DNA of 64,000 nucleotides from the human T2T-CHM13v2.0 reference genome, Homo sapiens. The stretch lies in assembly GCF_009914755.1 (NCBI RefSeq), contig NC_060926.1. One strand, given 5' to 3'. Positions 59,901 through 64,000 of the stretch are shown piece by piece. How positions within the stretch are numbered: the stretch's first letter is position 1; the number at the start of each line of letters is the position of its first letter. The position numbers and the translations under genes were made by a program. The notes under the pieces were generated by a model that searched no databases, had not been told where the DNA came from, and was given only the letters and a program-made list of their open reading frames with translations.

Positions 59901-61257
59901 GATCAATATATCCTTACCATTATTGGTAAGAATTGCCAAAAGCCTGCGTCTGAATATTTTTCCCAGTGATCACAATATTTCAGGTGAGTTTCCCATGGTC
60001 TTTGGAGTATGAGAATAATTTCATACACAGATTTAGGGAGAAAGCACTGCCTGATGCCAGATGCCATTCTAGAGTGTTATTTTATTTAATCTGCAATCAG
60101 GAAGGGCTCAAGTCAAGATTTCACCTCAGGCAGTTGGCTCGTTCCTCACCACGCCATGCTGCCTGTTCTGCTTTTGTGTTCGTGGAGAAGTTTGGGACAG
60201 GAATAACCTTAGTGATTAGAAACTTAGAGTGGACAGAGAGTACGTGTGCCTCACTAATTTGAAGTTAGCTCTGAAAGTGCTGGCCTTTTAAAGGATTGTT
60301 TTCCATGCAGAGCATGGCTAACACAGACTTTTGTAGTAATATGAACAAAAGCAAGATGTTAATTAAATAGTTACTTTTAAGAGCTGTGTCTTTTAACAGC
60401 TTAAAGAAAACACCAACTACCCGCTGCATTATTCTATTACCACTAATTCATATATTTTTAAAGAGAAACATTGAAAGGGAATGATTTTATTGAGTATCTA
60501 GATTTATATAAACTCACCGCTGAGCTGGCTGTTTAATATCCTATATCATATAATCCTCAATTAAGCCCATGGTTGCTATTATTATCCCCCAGGTGAGGCC
60601 AAGGAGGCTCAGAGATGTTTTGTAGCTTGCCCCAAATTCACAGAGCTAGAAATGGAAAAATGGGGTCAGAATTCCATTTTTGTACCCCAAAGTAGTGTCC
60701 TTTCTACTTTGCCATCTTCTAATTTGAGCAGACATAGGACCTTTGAGATGAAAACTAGTGAGCACTCATAGCCTGGATATGCATTTTCCAGATCTTCCTA
60801 TGTGACACTGAACCCATGGCCAGCCATAGGCCAAGAGACACAAAGAATGGGCCTAAAGGATAGAGCAGTTCTCAAAGATTTGCAGCTGGGAGCTATTTGA
60901 GGTCAGAGCAGGCAGGGTGATAGAAATTCTGGTAAGTAGGGGACAGAAAAGCATTCAAGGACAAAGGAAAGAAAATGTTCAAAAACATTAATGGGATCAA
61001 GACACCAATCATTACAGTGTTGGAATTTGAGTCTGGTTCTGAATTGTTAATTGATTTTAGCAACTGTTTTGTATGATTGCCAGGATAGGGATAGTTCTCA
61101 GGATTGGATAGGCCCAGGTCTACAGGCATAAGTGAAGAAGTAGCTGTATTTGTGGAGGAGAGGATGAGAAGTTGATAGGGAAGGTGGGTTCTGACAGCAG
61201 AGATGTGGGATGGGAGAGGCAAGGATCATGGGATAAACCTCAGAATAGAACAAAATC

Positions 61258-61889
<632 letters not shown>

Positions 61890-61954
61890 AAATTTATTTT
61901 TAAGTAAAAGAACAAAATGACTTTTGTGAAGAAGGTAAACTTTTGAAACACAGC

Positions 61955-62165
61955 TGAGGAATATAACTTTCTGTGATAATAAATATTTTCTACATCTGCA
62001 ATATCCAATATGGTAGTCACTAACTACATGTGGCTTTGGAATATTTAATATCTCCCTAGGTGTGTGACTAAGGGATTTCCTTTCTTGCTTTATTTAATTT
62101 TACTTACACTTAAGCTTAAATTGCCATGTGTGGCTAGTGACTACCATATTGGATGGCACAGCTCT
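61955..62165. mobile_element. MER3/MER33-like hAT MITE
   Basis: Internal inverted motif tccaatatggtagtcact...agtgactaccatattgga. Confidence 0.8.
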
Positions 62166-63736
62166 AAAAAGAAATTACAATGATTCCCTGAGAAACTTAA
62201 AATGCTATAAATCCCTTTGACCAAAAGCTACTCAAAAAGTGTGAAGATGATTAAGATATAAGTTGCAAGAAACCCTTCTCACAAGTCAGCAAATCACGGA
62301 TTGAGTTAGCAAAGAGCTCATTTTATGATACACGAGATAATATACGAAAATACATATTATGATAGCAGAAAAGATAGACATTTATATCAAATAAATATTA
62401 TAAAATCAGCTTTATTCCAAAGCATTATTGAATGATTCCATCTGCCAGATGGTTTTTGTTGTTGTTCTGGGGGGCAGGAAGGAAGTTATTCCTAAGAAGG
62501 ATAAAGATAAATTAATATTTACCCAACTTTTAAAAAATTTGCCTCAAAAGAATGAATGATTTGAGTATTGCCATCACGTTGATTATACAAGAATAATTTA
62601 TTTCATGATTAACTCTGAATTTTCAAGTTGTTTTCATTATGAGCGCTGAAAGAAACAGGCAAGTGCACACAAGTTGGCCAAATGGTCAAGATAAATTCTG
62701 GTCAATTCTTTAAGGACGGTCAGTGTTAGCAACTCCATCTCAGGGGTCCTGCTCTGGGAACCCATGTGTGGTCATCAGGATCACAGTCACCGTCCTCCAC
62801 AAAATTCCCCTGGAGGTGGCAGCTGAAGACAACTCTGTAAGGGTGGAGATCAGCGCTTCCCTTTTCCTTCCAAGGAGATGGGAAAAGGCCTCGTTTTTGT
62901 ATAACAGCAGCCCAGAATTCCAAAGCAGGAGAAATGAAGGCTGCTCTATAGCCAGTTAGCTGGGTTTTTGTAATGTTACCTTTTCTGAGGTTTCCCCAGA
63001 CTTCTAGGCATCTGGAGTCCTCCCTGGAACAGAAGGTTTTTAAGATCCTACAAATGGAGCCAATCTTCTCTAGCAGGGGACAGAGTAAATGGCTTAATAG
63101 GCCTATCACATCTTAATTTTTTTAATGGTTTTATATCCTGGGGTAACAGTGAGGAAGGCATGATTTTATTATTATTAATTATTATTCTATTATTACAGTT
63201 TTCCAGTCTGGCTCTTTGATGTTTACAAGTTCAGACAACATGTGGTTTTCAAGCCAGGTTTCATAACCTTAAACTACCTTTCCATGTGGCTTCTGTCCAC
63301 CCTATTTTGTTTTAGATCTTGTTTATGTTTGGCTTAAATCATGAGTTGGCTGTGGTGTGTATTTTGCCACATGGATTCAAGGCATCAGATGAAGACAGCA
63401 TTTTGGATGGCATCTACATCGAAGCACAGTTACAAAACTTGTGTGCCAATGCTTGCCAGACTCTGGCTGGGTGGATGAGTCCTGGGCTGCCCGTTGAATT
63501 CTGCCTGATCTCTGCCACTTGCCTCGTAAGGGTGTGAGCTTTACAGCTACAGTCTAGGTTCTCTGCTCAAACTAGAAAGTCTCTGTTCTACACGGAGTTT
63601 TGGCTTTGTTAGCCACAGATATTAGATGCATAAGTGCGTGACATAACTTAAAATAACATAAAAAAAATTCTACTGGGTACAGATTGTCAAGAATCTTGCA
63701 CACCAGGCCAAGGGGTTTATGTCTTGTAGAGTAGTG

Positions 63737-63925
63737 CAGTAGTCCTTAAAGGGTGGTCCCTGGAAAAGCAGTATCAGCATCACCCAGCAACTTGTTACAA
63801 ATGCAAACTTCCAGACCCCGTCCTAGACTGACTGAGTCAGAAACTCTGGGTGTAAGGCTCACCAATCTGTGTTTTAACCAGTCCTCCACATGGCTCTGAT
63901 GCACGCTCCAGTTTGGAAACCACTG
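63737..63925. mobile_element. MER5A hAT-Charlie MITE
   Basis: 189 bp, cagt...cactg ends, 8-bp TSD-like gagtagtg/gtgtaggg. Confidence 0.88.
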
Positions 63926-63959
63926 GTGTAGGGCATGGGGAGCTAGTTGAAAAGTGTTA

Positions 63960-64000
63960 GGGCTGGGTGCGGTGGCTCACGCCTATAATCCCAGCACTTT
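63960..64000 (+). mobile_element. Alu 5' end, cut by the window edge
   Basis: ggctgggtgcggtggctcacgcctataatcccagcacttt. Confidence 0.93.

Overview
Human/great-ape type non-coding genomic DNA, intergenic or deep-intronic. I recognise no cellular protein-coding exon, RNA gene or CRISPR array, and I cannot place the locus. Mobile elements dominate. The largest is a young L1PA2/3-type LINE-1 on the minus strand (17632-23098, 14-bp TSD). It keeps its 5'UTR but has a ~0.6-kb internal ORF1/ORF2 deletion and a 22-bp frameshifting duplication. There is also a full-length Hsmar1 mariner nested in a MER82-like element, about 18 Alu pieces, solo LTRs (MER39-like, MER21-like, MLT1), Tigger/hAT MITEs, and old L1M/MIR/L2 fragments. 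Simple repeats include a pure (CAG)25 and a ~0.7-kb 18-bp minisatellite. The most unusual non-transposon structure is at 12241-12745: ~139-bp inverted arms enclose a ~223-bp copy of sequence from 1.6 kb downstream, with microhomology junctions. It reads as an old multi-template-switch insertion that could fold into a long hairpin. Several repeat-free, motif-rich blocks are candidate enhancers or promoters. I found no convincing novel gene system. Repeat subfamily names are from memory of consensus sequences, and identities were counted by eye.
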